Below, one piece after another: positions 8,426-18,720 of a stretch of 64,000 nucleotides of DNA (position 1 is the first letter of the stretch; each line of letters starts with the position of its first letter). Below the pieces are notes generated by a model. That model was not told the DNA's origin, ran no database searches, and was given only the letters and a program-made list of their open reading frames with translations. The DNA lies in IMG/VR virus record IMGVR_UViG_3300035183_000083. One strand, 5' to 3'. A program made the translations under genes and the position numbers. The stretch is from an uncultured virus (IMG/VR IMGVR_UViG_3300035183_000083). Lineage: Duplodnaviria > Heunggongvirae > Uroviricota > Caudoviricetes.

Positions 8426-10840
8426 TTAAACTTTCACCAATGAACTCACGCCCTTCTCCTTAGTTACATACCACGTTTTCGATCCTTCCAAATAGAAGTC
8501 GGACTTCTGGGTAATGACAAAGACATGGGGTATTATTTCCCTTAATACTGGTAAGAATACGTCTCTAAATTTTGCCTTTGACACGTCGTCCATATGACTA
8601 TCTGGCTCATCTAGGATGCAAAGATTTAGGCGTCGAGAGTTAGGTACTAAGCATAGTGTTGATAACATCCACAAAAGCTTGAAGCCGTCTGATTCGGACC
8701 CAGATAAGGTCCTAACGTCTGAAACCATGCCATTACCACGATCAACTTTGATCGACACGCCAGTTTCAGAAGCCGAGACAATAAACGTGAAAGGTTCCGC
8801 TAAGATAAGGTGTCTGTGATGGTTGAGGTTAGACTCTAACAATCCACATATCTCGTTAGCAGCATTGGCTTTCAGCCCTTTATTGCTGTATGCTCGGACT
8901 AGAGCTTCCAGGATCTTCTCATCTTCTATAGATGGCTTCAAAGCCTTGATGTCCTTTTCGACCTGCTTCAATTCAGCTCGGTACAAATCTATTTCCGACT
9001 TCCTGGTCAGCATCTTGTCTAGGAAAGATGCCAGTTCTCCGCACTTGGTGCGTTTGACACTAATGGACTTGCTTACCGACTCTAAGTCCTCCTTGGTTGT
9101 ATCAAGCTTTCTTAATACTGATTTAACAGTTTTGCAACTGACCAGGTCTTCATTATTCTCTAGTAGTTTCGCCTTGGCTTCCAAGTTTTTAAGGATTTCG
9201 GTACAGAGATCAATCAAAGAGTCTGCCTCAGCTACAGACATTTCCGTACCCGGAGTGTCCACCTTTTTAGGTTTTTCAATAGACTTTAGTGCGGCCTCCA
9301 GCTCAGACCTACGCTTGTTCTTCTCTATATCAAGATCCAGGTCTGTTATTTGACTCTCTAAGCTAGAGTAGCGCACTTTGGCTTTTCTGAGCTTAGCTCT
9401 ACCTGCTTCACCAAACTGTTTTGCCAACCTGCCATCTAACTCAGCTTGTACTTCTTCTTGCCTAGCTATAGCCTTTTGGCATTGAATGCGTTTAGTAAGG
9501 TATGGAATTTGTTTTTCGGCTGCTTTCACGGCCGATCTAATCCTTTCTAAGTTCAAGGGGCTTAAGCACGTAGGGCAGTTGCTATTATTAGGCTCGTGCT
9601 TGTGTCTTTCCAGAAGAGGCTTAAGCCGGATAGTAGTTTTGCACGTTTCTAACTGAGACCGGTAATCTGTGGACCGTATTGCCTTAAATTCCTTTTTGGG
9701 CACGCCTGAATCTTCCAAAAATACCTTGATACGGACTAGTTCTGACTCTAAGTCCTTGACTTCGGACGCATAGGTCTCCAATTCTTTGATGGCCTGACCG
9801 ACCTGTGCTTTCTTGTACTCCAGGTCTGTCCGCTCAATCAACAAAGTATCTAGGTCTTCCGATCTAGCAGACAAGGCTTTTATCTTCGCCTTTATCTTGT
9901 CTACGGATTTATTGTACTCAGCCAGGCTTTCAGTATATCTCTCGTACTTACTAATGAGGGACCTCTGTTCCTTGAGCATACCTAAGAGGACTTTGGGATG
10001 CTCCTTTGCTTTATATTCTTTCCTTAGCTTATCCAAAGACTTCTCGATAGAAGCCAAGGTATTTAACTTGGAAATCAACGCGGAAAGCTCGAACTCTTGT
10101 TTAGTCAATACTTCCAACTCTTTAGTTAAGGCTTCGTGCCTTGTTTTTGCCCTATCTACGGCTTTGGTGTCTAGTTGAGATTCCGCAGATTCAGCCTTGG
10201 CTTTGAGATTTAATCTGCTGGCCTCTAAAACTTGGAGCTTAGCTTTATTCTTGGCTATGGTCTTGAGCTTATTCTGGAAATAGGACTTTAGGTCGTCATA
10301 TTTATCCAGTTTGAACATCTGAGACAGGTGATTGAGCCTGTTAATGTCGGTGTCTGACTGGAAAGGGGACGGCCTTTGGCTAGAGACATAGCAATATGTG
10401 TAAAATTCCAGCTCATCCAAAGGAAAGAGCTTGCGTATCATCTTTTCTGCCAAAGGCGTTGTACGCACCTGCAAGTCTACCCAGTCAGGTTTTTTACCCT
10501 TCTTCTTGACCTGCTTAAAAATAGTGTACTTAGATAGCCCCTGCTCTATGCGGTAACGGTGACCGTCTTCTGCTTTAATTACCATTGATTGCCGAGACTT
10601 TTTACTCAGAACCTCCTTTTTACCACCACGTTTCTTCTGCACTGTAGGAGGAGCAGCAAAGGCAATGGTAGGGATAGTAGACAGGAGCGAAGATTTACCT
10701 GCCCCATTCCCAGTAGGGTTACCAGGATCAGCATCTAAGTTTCTACCCCGTACAAAGGTCAAATTGTTTTCAACCAAAGAAGTCTCAACGCTCTTAAAGT
10801 ATAAGACGTTGGATAGGCTGATACTTTCTATCTCTACCAT
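8426..10840 (-). CDS. sbcC: SbcC/Rad50/gp46-like ABC ATPase
   Basis: Walker A GNGAGKSS, coiled coil with CPTC zinc hook, LSGSE signature, Walker B ILDEPD. Confidence 0.92.
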   Translation of the reverse strand: MVEIESISLSNVLYFKSVETSLVENNLTFVRGRNLDADPGNPTGNGAGKSSLLSTIPTIAFAAPPTVQKKRGGKKEVLSKKSRQSMVIKAEDGHRYRIEQGLSKYTIFKQVKKKGKKPDWVDLQVRTTPLAEKMIRKLFPLDELEFYTYCYVSSQRPSPFQSDTDINRLNHLSQMFKLDKYDDLKSYFQNKLKTIAKNKAKLQVLEASRLNLKAKAESAESQLDTKAVDRAKTRHEALTKELEVLTKQEFELSALISKLNTLASIEKSLDKLRKEYKAKEHPKVLLGMLKEQRSLISKYERYTESLAEYNKSVDKIKAKIKALSARSEDLDTLLIERTDLEYKKAQVGQAIKELETYASEVKDLESELVRIKVFLEDSGVPKKEFKAIRSTDYRSQLETCKTTIRLKPLLERHKHEPNNSNCPTCLSPLNLERIRSAVKAAEKQIPYLTKRIQCQKAIARQEEVQAELDGRLAKQFGEAGRAKLRKAKVRYSSLESQITDLDLDIEKNKRRSELEAALKSIEKPKKVDTPGTEMSVAEADSLIDLCTEILKNLEAKAKLLENNEDLVSCKTVKSVLRKLDTTKEDLESVSKSISVKRTKCGELASFLDKMLTRKSEIDLYRAELKQVEKDIKALKPSIEDEKILEALVRAYSNKGLKANAANEICGLLESNLNHHRHLILAEPFTFIVSASETGVSIKVDRGNGMVSDVRTLSGSESDGFKLLWMLSTLCLVPNSRRLNLCILDEPDSHMDDVSKAKFRDVFLPVLREIIPHVFVITQKSDFYLEGSKTWYVTKEKGVSSLVKV

Positions 10841-10891
10841 TGTTAACCTTTTACTGCTGCTACTGCTAATGTGCGTGTGTACGTATGAGAA

Positions 10892-12085
10892 TTAAGGCTG
10901 GCCGTTACTCTGAGGAGGACGCGGCTGTGTAAGGAAGTTCCCTATATAAGCCGTAGCCATCACGACCTCATCTATTGACATATAGTTGAGGTCTTTCTCC
11001 AGGGAGCATAGCTGATACTGAAAATTGATGATAATAGGCAACTTGATCTTCACCTTCCCACCAGAGTCTCGGATCTTAGTTGCAAGCAACCGCTTTCCAT
11101 AGGTGTTGAAGCCTTGTTGTCCAGTCAGGTCGCATACCACGTTATGGATAAGCCATCGAGCCTTGGATACCAGCTGCCGAATGTTTCCTTTGCTAGCAAG
11201 GATTGCAGTCATAGCCTGCTTGAGATTTCCAGATATAACGGCGTATATAAGGTCTGCGGCCAATTGCTCGACCTCAGCATCCGAAGTCTGCATGAACGTC
11301 TTAATGACGTCCTTAGCCGTCGCTTTTGATCCACCTTCTAGTGAGAACAAGAGGGATTCCAGAAGGGAGATTGCTTCTCTAGGCCGGCCTTCACACACCT
11401 GATAAATCGTCTTGAGGATGTCCTTGTAGTCCTTTATGTCCTTAAGATCGAAGCCTTCTTTCTTGGCAATCTGATACAGGCACTTGCACAATATTTCCTC
11501 TGAAATAGGCTGAGTCTTGAGTTTCAAGGCTCGACCGTATATCGTCCCGAGAATTTTCTCGGGATTCGTAGTTGCCAAGATCCATACTGTGTGCGGTGGA
11601 GGTTCCTCCAACATCTTTAGCAAAGCATTCGCAGCCGCTGTAGTGATCTGGTGGAATTCGTCTAGGATATAGACCCTGAAATTACCTAAAGTAGGCATAT
11701 TCTTAGCAGAGCTAATCATGCCTCGAATGTCGTCAATACCTCTGGTATTAGCCAGATTCTCTTCCATAATGTCCGGATGATTCTCCGTATACTTGCAGCT
11801 CAAGCATTCGCCACAAGGGTCACCTTCTTTAGTAGGCGACCGACAATTGAGGTATCGTGCGATAAGCCGAGAAATAGTTGTTTTGCCAGTACCCGTAGGG
11901 CCGATAATCAAGAACGTACCTGGTATCCGACCGCGCTTGGACTTCATCATGCCACGAATCTGAGAGACAATCGCGTCCTGACCAATCAGAGCATCCAAAG
12001 TCGGCGGTCTAACAGCCACGGCTAAAGATTGAACCCGCTTTTCCTTGCTGGCGCTAATGCCAGCCTTCTTAGTTCCGCTTCCCAT
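10892..12085 (-). CDS. dnaX: DNA polymerase III gamma/tau-like clamp loader subunit
   Basis: RPPTLDALIGQD, GPTGTGKTT, LNC..PCGECLSC zinc module, ILDEFH, NALLKMLEEPP. Confidence 0.92.
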   Translation of the reverse strand: MGSGTKKAGISASKEKRVQSLAVAVRPPTLDALIGQDAIVSQIRGMMKSKRGRIPGTFLIIGPTGTGKTTISRLIARYLNCRSPTKEGDPCGECLSCKYTENHPDIMEENLANTRGIDDIRGMISSAKNMPTLGNFRVYILDEFHQITTAAANALLKMLEEPPPHTVWILATTNPEKILGTIYGRALKLKTQPISEEILCKCLYQIAKKEGFDLKDIKDYKDILKTIYQVCEGRPREAISLLESLLFSLEGGSKATAKDVIKTFMQTSDAEVEQLAADLIYAVISGNLKQAMTAILASKGNIRQLVSKARWLIHNVVCDLTGQQGFNTYGKRLLATKIRDSGGKVKIKLPIIINFQYQLCSLEKDLNYMSIDEVVMATAYIGNFLTQPRPPQSNGQP

Positions 12086-12108
12086 AATCCATGTCTCCTG
12101 TCTAAAGC

Positions 12109-12528
12109 TTACTTCATTTTTACGTACAAGGCCGCTATTCGACTGCTTACTATAAAGCTCGTCGGGCTACTTTCATTTACAGTCCAGCCACGGCTTGCAA
12201 GTAGCACACAAACAAGACCATCAGGAGCAGCAGGGTCAATATAGGTATCAATAAGGTGCTCAGCAATAGCCTGCCCTAATTGCTCCTCGGTGTAATTTTC
12301 CTCCACACCGTCTATGGGGATAGATACGTCTACTTCTGGCGGTTGCATCCTAGGGAAGTATGGGGAACCCTCTACTGGCTGTTCCAACCTAATGTTGAGA
12401 TCGTCCGAAGAAACCAAGACACCAAAGTCACAGTAAGGGGCCTCATTCTCTACTACAAACTGGAATATAGGTCCCAACCGGGCCGACAAAACAGTGCTTA
12501 CCACGTCATTAAGCTGCTCTGTATCCAT
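12109..12528 (-). CDS. Hypothetical protein
   Basis: ORF in a tight operon; weakly similar to the adjacent gene (CVxV..RxWxVxE). Confidence 0.7.
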   Translation of the reverse strand: MDTEQLNDVVSTVLSARLGPIFQFVVENEAPYCDFGVLVSSDDLNIRLEQPVEGSPYFPRMQPPEVDVSIPIDGVEENYTEEQLGQAIAEHLIDTYIDPAAPDGLVCVLLASRGWTVNESSPTSFIVSSRIAALYVKMK

Positions 12529-12530
12529 TG

Positions 12531-13034
12531 TTAAGCTTCCGCATTGGGTAATGAGGTTATGACCGTGTCGGTCAAACGCTTGTATATAGCTGACAAGTAG
12601 GTCTCAGCAGTCAAGCTGGTATCAGTTTCAGTGACCTTCCAATCACGCATGGTCACATAAACACATTCATGCTGAGGGTCGTCAATACGTAAAACGGAGA
12701 CCTCAAACTGACGGATGAGGGCATGGAGAGCATCGGAATAGCTAGGTCTCTCTCCATTAAAGTAATCCTGGAAAGTAAGGGTTATACTAAACAGGTACTC
12801 TCTAGGAGAGATCGGTTGAGGCCATTGGATTCTAATCGACTGGTTATCCAAAGCCAGTTGACCTTTTGTTGTCCCTGGTACAGACAGGACTAAGGTATCC
12901 CCAGTGTTGGGCTTGTAGTGTGGTGTCCCTGAGAAAGTTAGGTGGTGAACAATGGGCTGGTTATTGGATCCTACGGGACCAATAGACATGACGCCTGGAA
13001 GTGCGGTAAGGATAGTTGCGTTAGAGATTGCCAT
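12531..13034 (-). CDS. Hypothetical protein
   Basis: ORF in a tight operon with GAGG SD. Confidence 0.7.
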   Translation of the reverse strand: MAISNATILTALPGVMSIGPVGSNNQPIVHHLTFSGTPHYKPNTGDTLVLSVPGTTKGQLALDNQSIRIQWPQPISPREYLFSITLTFQDYFNGERPSYSDALHALIRQFEVSVLRIDDPQHECVYVTMRDWKVTETDTSLTAETYLSAIYKRLTDTVITSLPNAEA

Positions 13035-13314
13035 TGAAAAACCTCTTGAAAAAGAGGAAGGTGGATAAAACTAAGCGGAACGACCAGGAATAATCAAGGT
13101 AGGTCATAGACCTATCCCAGTCAGTTATCGGCCTGTTGTACTCGTCACCTAAGTCAGAACGGTAGATGAAGTTGACAGGGTACTGAACTCGCCTAGACTT
13201 CTTATTAGTATGCTTAAGCACTTTGTAACGGTTTCCATTCCGATGGCGCCAGAACGTACCGGGAATCCTGCTAATTAAGAGTTGTATTTCTAGGGGCTGG
13301 TTCATATTACCCAC
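13021..13314 (-). CDS. DUF1653-like small protein
   Basis: GTFWRHRNGNRYKVL...IYRS...YNRP pattern. Confidence 0.6.
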   Translation of the reverse strand: MGNMNQPLEIQLLISRIPGTFWRHRNGNRYKVLKHTNKKSRRVQYPVNFIYRSDLGDEYNRPITDWDRSMTYLDYSWSFRLVLSTFLFFKRFFNGNL

Positions 13315-13861
13315 CTTTGGAATCTAGGGCTTGGATAGATCGCCAAGCACCCTCTGCTAGGTCCATAGCTTGAGCAGCAGGCCAGTTACCCACTGTCCCA
13401 TAAGTGGAGGCCCAATTAGCCATATATTGGGCTACAAAGGTGGTCTTGAAAGCCATTTCATCTAAAGACAGCTTAGATTCATTAGGGTCCACTACACCAA
13501 GGTATTCCAGGAATCGTGGTGCTGACTCCGAGCTTATTAAGAATACCAAGGTCCAGGCATCCGGTGGGTCTTCACCATGTCGCATTGGCGGCTTAGGTGA
13601 GTCAGCCCCTGGTATATTGACCTCACGTAAATAGAGAACTACAGGTAAAATTGGCTCAGCAGTCTCAAATAACGCATTAACGATCGGCGTTTTGTTGAAT
13701 GGTTGAGGATGTTTATTATGATCTTGCAAGACACTTTCAGCCCAGTTACGTACCTTGGGCATCTGGCTGGGGTCAGCAAGGCTGTACAGAATGGGTGATA
13801 CTAGGGTATCTTCGATAGATACTTGCATAAGGTTGACGGTGAATGAGCCAATGCGAATCAC
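13307..13861 (-). CDS. Hypothetical protein
   Basis: ORF with overlapping stop/start arrangement. Confidence 0.65.
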   Translation of the reverse strand: MIRIGSFTVNLMQVSIEDTLVSPILYSLADPSQMPKVRNWAESVLQDHNKHPQPFNKTPIVNALFETAEPILPVVLYLREVNIPGADSPKPPMRHGEDPPDAWTLVFLISSESAPRFLEYLGVVDPNESKLSLDEMAFKTTFVAQYMANWASTYGTVGNWPAAQAMDLAEGAWRSIQALDSKGG

Positions 13862-13915
13862 ACCGATCTTTCACCTTTTTGTTTGCTGCTATACCTAAGC
13901 TTAGACATAAGGCCC

Positions 13916-14878
13916 TCATTTAGCAGGTGGGGTTAAGGACGCTAGAGTACGCTGCACCAGTCTGGTCACGTCCTTAGGCAACTGCTTGCCCACACAATAG
14001 AGGGCAAAAGCCTCCGAGAAGAACTCGTAGGGGCTTTTCTTGGCATACTCCGTTAAAATCAATTGCTTATCCGCAATGTCTACCGAGCTTGGCCAATATG
14101 GCTTAAGGCCTTTGCCAGCGATGACCAGGGTATTCAAGCATTCCTTATCTAAGGAATGAGCATGGGCTATGTGTCGGAGACACGCCTTTAGCACAGGCAA
14201 GTCATCTTCATCTGCGTCTCGCATGTAATCAGATAAGTTCCCTGCATTTTCTATTTCCTCCCTGATAGCTTGTAGCCTATCTACCTTCACCTTGGTGAGC
14301 TTGATGCAGTCGTGATAAGCAGTAATCCACTTAGCTCTCTGCGACTGAATCATCCGCCTAGACCACAAGCCGTGGCCCCACTCATGGCTTATATAGTACA
14401 TGAAGTCGGAAAAATTGTCGTCAGGCTTCAAGGCTAAAATGTCAGTATCCGTCTTGGGAAAATGCTTGTAATACCCAGCATACTTACCTGAAGGGTTCCG
14501 TATTTCCAAGTCCAGCTTTAAACCCAAGACCCCTAACTGCTGAAACCGTACCTTGGCTTTCTTCAACAAAGATTTTAGCTGATCGACCTTCTTGGGCTCC
14601 AACGGCTTATAGATACGGATTTCGCCCCAAGTAGAAGTTTGAACCCGTTTTCTCAATGGCTCAACCAGCAGGCCATATATTCGTCCAACCGCCGGATCAG
14701 ACCCAAGGTTCGCCATCACGTCCTTAAGCGTGAACTGAATAGGTGTTAAGTCTTCTGCCTTAACTAGTTGCGCTTCCGAGATAGCCTTGTAAGGCTTCTC
14801 ATCCTTGGTGCATTTGACTAAGACGGGTTTCTTACCACCACCCTTCAACAAAAGGTAATCATCAACTTTAACTCGCAT
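13916..14878 (-). CDS. Zincin-like metallopeptidase domain protein
   Basis: ISHEWGH (HExxH) plus downstream EYAKKSPYEFFSEAF third-ligand motif. Confidence 0.75.
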   Translation of the reverse strand: MRVKVDDYLLLKGGGKKPVLVKCTKDEKPYKAISEAQLVKAEDLTPIQFTLKDVMANLGSDPAVGRIYGLLVEPLRKRVQTSTWGEIRIYKPLEPKKVDQLKSLLKKAKVRFQQLGVLGLKLDLEIRNPSGKYAGYYKHFPKTDTDILALKPDDNFSDFMYYISHEWGHGLWSRRMIQSQRAKWITAYHDCIKLTKVKVDRLQAIREEIENAGNLSDYMRDADEDDLPVLKACLRHIAHAHSLDKECLNTLVIAGKGLKPYWPSSVDIADKQLILTEYAKKSPYEFFSEAFALYCVGKQLPKDVTRLVQRTLASLTPPAK

Positions 14879-15269
14879 GACTATGCCGCTCCTTAAACGA
14901 GATTGTTTGGTCCAAAACCGTCACACGTACCAGATGCTTTTCACAGGCCTGTGTAGGGCTATAGACGTAGACCTTTACATCAAAGGATTCGCCGCGCACT
15001 TGTGCGGTTCCGCTTAGCACGTAAGCATAGTCTATAGATGGTGCAGCCTTGCCTTGCTTTTGCTTTTGCTCTTGGGCCTGTAGTAAGGCTTCCCGACGGG
15101 TCATATCAACCAAGAACAAAACGACCTTATCTTTAACCAAAGTCAGTCTTAGTCCTGTAATAAGGGAATCGGAGGACTCCACACCCGACTTAACCAAGCT
15201 CTTAGCCGTGGTTGACAGAAGGAAAGCCAAATGCGCAGTGTTGTTAGGGTACTTAGAGAGCATGGCCAA
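14868..15269 (-). CDS. Hypothetical protein
   Basis: ORF overlapping both neighbours, GGAG SD. Confidence 0.7.
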   Translation of the reverse strand: MAMLSKYPNNTAHLAFLLSTTAKSLVKSGVESSDSLITGLRLTLVKDKVVLFLVDMTRREALLQAQEQKQKQGKAAPSIDYAYVLSGTAQVRGESFDVKVYVYSPTQACEKHLVRVTVLDQTISFKERHSHAS

Positions 15270-15927
15270 TCAGCTCCAATATAAGGTTAGTAGAGGCACT
15301 AATAACGTGTTCCTGGTCTTTATTAGCATCTACGGTGTAGACTACAGGGACCGGTAGCTTTCGTATGTTGGCAAACCTAGACCGAACCCGTTCAAAGTAT
15401 CCCATACCACGTTGTTCAATAGCATCCTGTGTTGCACCACGTAGGCGTAGCCTCTCGTACATGGTGACCAAACTCACGTCCAGATGCAGAACTAGGTCTG
15501 GGATAGCAATGGGGTTAGATTGCGTCCATCGGATTAAGTTCCTAAAGGCGCTTTCAGGGATGATCTGGCATCCCTTATCATCGACAACAGCACCCTGATA
15601 TGCGTAGCCAGATAACCAGGACCTATCTGACAGGACGTGGATGCCTGAGGTCAAAGCAGGTATTACGACTTTATAGAGCAGCTCAAAACGAGCAGCCCAA
15701 ATTACCAATAACTCCGCTTGAACTGTCATCGGCTGGTCTCTAATACTCAATACCAAAGACCTTAGCTGTTCACCAACTTCGGTTCCACCCGGTTCTCTAA
15801 CAGTAATAACCTCAAAGCCAAGGCTCTCTAGCCTTTTAGCTACTGCATTCATGGTAGTAGTCTTACCAGCACCTTCAGTGCCTTCAAAGACAATGTACTT
15901 TCCAAACCCTTTACGTTGCAATGTCAT
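15253..15927 (-). CDS. tmk: Thymidylate (dTMP) kinase
   Basis: YIVFEGTEGAGKTT, REPGGT, LSDRSWLSGYAYQG, PDLVLHLDV. Confidence 0.95.
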   Translation of the reverse strand: MTLQRKGFGKYIVFEGTEGAGKTTTMNAVAKRLESLGFEVITVREPGGTEVGEQLRSLVLSIRDQPMTVQAELLVIWAARFELLYKVVIPALTSGIHVLSDRSWLSGYAYQGAVVDDKGCQIIPESAFRNLIRWTQSNPIAIPDLVLHLDVSLVTMYERLRLRGATQDAIEQRGMGYFERVRSRFANIRKLPVPVVYTVDANKDQEHVISASTNLILELIGHAL

Positions 15928-15950
15928 GGCTTACCCCTAGTTAAAGTTAG

Positions 15951-16283
15951 TCAGAGTTTAAATCGAAGTCTTTTGAATTTCATTGATCTTCTCTGCCTGG
16001 TACCATCTAGTGTTGATGTAGAAGCCTTCGACAGCAGCCCTTTTTTCACGGACCTATCCGTTACATCAAGACTGGGGAAGTGGCCGGTCAAAACCTTCAT
16101 AGCAGCATCAAAATTATCCTTTGCAGGAGCATCCACGTCTTTATATTCGGAGCTGTAGTCAGCATATAGAATAGACCATCCTTTAGGTCCTGCTTCTACT
16201 ATGACTTTCAAGCCACCACCTGTATCAAAAGTACGTTTGATAGTAACGTCACTAGATGGCATCATACCAGCAAAACGTTGCAT
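15951..16283 (-). CDS. Hypothetical protein
   Basis: ORF with GAGG SD. Confidence 0.65.
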   Translation of the reverse strand: MQRFAGMMPSSDVTIKRTFDTGGGLKVIVEAGPKGWSILYADYSSEYKDVDAPAKDNFDAAMKVLTGHFPSLDVTDRSVKKGLLSKASTSTLDGTRQRRSMKFKRLRFKL

Positions 16284-16342
16284 AAAGCCTCACTTGGTGT
16301 TGGTAGAGGCCATCCCTGGCCAATCTGGTGGCAACTTAACCC

Positions 16343-16621
16343 CTAAGTCCGAGGCTTGGATCTGGAAGAGTTACTCCCAGTATTGAACCTGGTTTCCAAT
16401 TGGTCTAGCTTGCCCTTGCTAGCAAGTGTGTTGAATCGTACCTGAGCTTGAGCTTGAGCTTGACCTTGGCCGTCGGATCGAAGTTCCGACCGAAGTATCT
16501 GCACGTCCTTAGGTGCTTCAAGTCCCAACCGAACTTGATTGTTTTTGATACTCAGTACAGTGATAATGATGTTATCACCAATATGAATGGATTCACCGGG
16601 GTTGCGAGATAGTACCAGCAT
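16343..16621 (-). CDS. csrA: Carbon storage regulator CsrA/RsmA
   Basis: MLVLSRNPGESIHIGDNIIITVLSIKNNQVRLGLEAPKDVQILRSEL; strong AAGGAG SD. Confidence 0.95.
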   Translation of the reverse strand: MLVLSRNPGESIHIGDNIIITVLSIKNNQVRLGLEAPKDVQILRSELRSDGQGQAQAQAQVRFNTLASKGKLDQLETRFNTGSNSSRSKPRT

Positions 16622-16660
16622 GGGTTTAAACTCCTTTATTTGTTACAGTTGTAATTAACA

Positions 16661-18076
16661 TCAGCCCTGGCGTAAAGTAATAGTCTGTTTGCCTCTCCTT
16701 AAACAAAGTCCATCAGGTGATTTATCAACGTAAATCTTAGCGAACGGGTACTCTCGCTCTATGTGAGAGGCCAAATTTAAGGCAACTCGCCGTAACGTTG
16801 GGTGAACAGTCGCCTGCGACCGTAACTCAGCGACATAAATTGCATGAGGTAAACTATACTCTGCATTTACAGTAGATACCAAACCTAAGGGAAGATGGTA
16901 CAGGATTTCCGTCTTATTAGGTAGCTTATCGTACTCAGTTTGGAGACTTCCAAGTTGTGACGAAATAAAGGCCAGAGCTTTCTCTCCAAGATCAGTAGGT
17001 AGCTGATTGATGTACCAAGGCTCGAACATATGGTAGGGTGTCAATAACGGAAGCCTACATGCGGCGCCTCTGTGACGTTGAAGATCGCGGAAGGAGCCAA
17101 AGTCCAGGTTAAACTGACACTGGAAGTATCCAAACCGAGAGAAGTGCCGCGGTACCTGAAGGCGCTTGCTTCTGGTCTCTAGGAAAGTCCTGGCTGCATA
17201 ACAGTCTTCACCAGTAAAGGAGTTGTACTGCATGAGGTCCTTATGCTGTATAAACCGGATAGACTCTCCCTGGCAATGGTCAGTATCAAAGAAATAAGCC
17301 TCATTCATCAACTGGATGTCTTCAAACTCAAGCCGGTTGAGGTAGTCGTGAGGATCTAAATAGGGGAAGCTGCTAGGGTACAAAGAGGTCAAGCCAGACA
17401 AAGCATTGATCGCTATTAACCGGAGTTCTTTCAAAGGGTGGACCAGCAGTTCCACCAACTTGTCTCTGGTTTTACGTATGCTGAGTTTCCAACTCAAGTT
17501 GGTCCGCATACCGATGGGTAAGAAGGCGCGTTGGATGTCGAAGGTCCTAGCATCCACTGCTGTCTGATACAAGGACTCATCTGCATCCTCCGGCAGGACC
17601 GACCGATACTTCTGTTCGACATAGGCCCTTACTTGAGGTCCGATGTTCAGGTAAAAATCCAGCCAGTTACGTTGGAGTTTCGCCAGCTTTTCACTATGGT
17701 GCTGCGGGAATACCATATTCGGATCATCGAAATTGCAGAACCTGGTGGACCGTTCTACACCGTTGTACAAGTCGTTGTCTTCCAGCACCTTGGCTGCTTG
17801 TAAAGACACGCCTTCAAAGAAGATAACGATGTCAGCGCAATCACCGATGGAATCGTGATTATAGCCAACATACCATTTGTTGAGCTTTTCCTTGATTCCG
17901 GGAATGTCCGAATCGCCTAGGTCACGAAGACGTTGCTCGATAGGAGTGTCAAGGCGACTATAAAATGCTTGCAACATAGCCAAGATTTCAGGGTCTGCCA
18001 AGCAGGGAAACTTCTTGGTATCAGCAATGACCAGGTGGGATTGGATAGAATCAGCAGTTTTCATTTGAGACCTCAT
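16661..18076 (-). CDS. thyX: FAD-dependent thymidylate synthase (long, tandem-domain ThyX type)
   Basis: YSR, GYNHDSIGD, ERSTRF, FRDLQRHR, ELRSQATVHPTLR motifs. Confidence 0.88.
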   Translation of the reverse strand: MRSQMKTADSIQSHLVIADTKKFPCLADPEILAMLQAFYSRLDTPIEQRLRDLGDSDIPGIKEKLNKWYVGYNHDSIGDCADIVIFFEGVSLQAAKVLEDNDLYNGVERSTRFCNFDDPNMVFPQHHSEKLAKLQRNWLDFYLNIGPQVRAYVEQKYRSVLPEDADESLYQTAVDARTFDIQRAFLPIGMRTNLSWKLSIRKTRDKLVELLVHPLKELRLIAINALSGLTSLYPSSFPYLDPHDYLNRLEFEDIQLMNEAYFFDTDHCQGESIRFIQHKDLMQYNSFTGEDCYAARTFLETRSKRLQVPRHFSRFGYFQCQFNLDFGSFRDLQRHRGAACRLPLLTPYHMFEPWYINQLPTDLGEKALAFISSQLGSLQTEYDKLPNKTEILYHLPLGLVSTVNAEYSLPHAIYVAELRSQATVHPTLRRVALNLASHIEREYPFAKIYVDKSPDGLCLRRGKQTITLRQG

Positions 18077-18248
18077 AAGTTATTAAAGCTTGACTAACGC
18101 CGTCTTGGTATTCAAGGTATTCCGGAGTACCAAGGTTGAAGGGGCATTCAGACATTACACCGTGTTGTTCTAGCATAAAGACGGAGGCAACACCTAGGTT
18201 GTAAGCCCGTGAGCATAGGGAGTAGGAGTCAGGTATGTGGACGGTCAA
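18051..18248 (-). CDS. Small hypothetical protein (start uncertain)
   Basis: AYNLG...CPFNLGTPEYLEYQDG pattern of small phage proteins. Confidence 0.5.
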   Translation of the reverse strand: MTVHIPDSYSLCSRAYNLGVASVFMLEQHGVMSECPFNLGTPEYLEYQDGVSQALITYEVSNENC

Positions 18249-18340
18249 AAGGAAATACTCGTCCTCTGGATCTTCCTCCTTAGGAAGGGATGAGAGAGCG
18301 AAGGGTAAAGCCTCGACAGGATCTAGTCTGGCTGTCTGGT

Positions 18341-18535
18341 CTATATCCTATGTTCAAGCTTTACTGTAGTAGGCTTACCTATGACATCTTGCACAGGTGG
18401 TAAACAAGTGAGAGGTACTTTGCATTGCGCGATACCACCTTCTAGGCTGGTAATAAGTAAGGTGCAAGAACCAACCCTCATAAGATTGACCCTAGGCTTA
18501 CTATCAAGAGGGGATGACGTGGGGTAGTTAGACAT
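18341..18535 (-). CDS. Small hypothetical protein
   Basis: AAGGAGG SD before ATG. Confidence 0.55.
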   Translation of the reverse strand: MSNYPTSSPLDSKPRVNLMRVGSCTLLITSLEGGIAQCKVPLTCLPPVQDVIGKPTTVKLEHRI

Positions 18536-18720
18536 TGATCCTCCTTGGTAGTTGGGTGCTAGAATGTTGCACCCAACTGGTTGCTATCTGACTGTGCGGT
18601 TTTCTATAAGTGATACTTGTGCGCGATTAACTCCTTTAGGTGTTTACATCCAGGGTACTTTATTTTACAGTCCGAACCAATGGATTTGTAATTTGAAATT
18701 ACAGACACTTGAGGTGAAAT

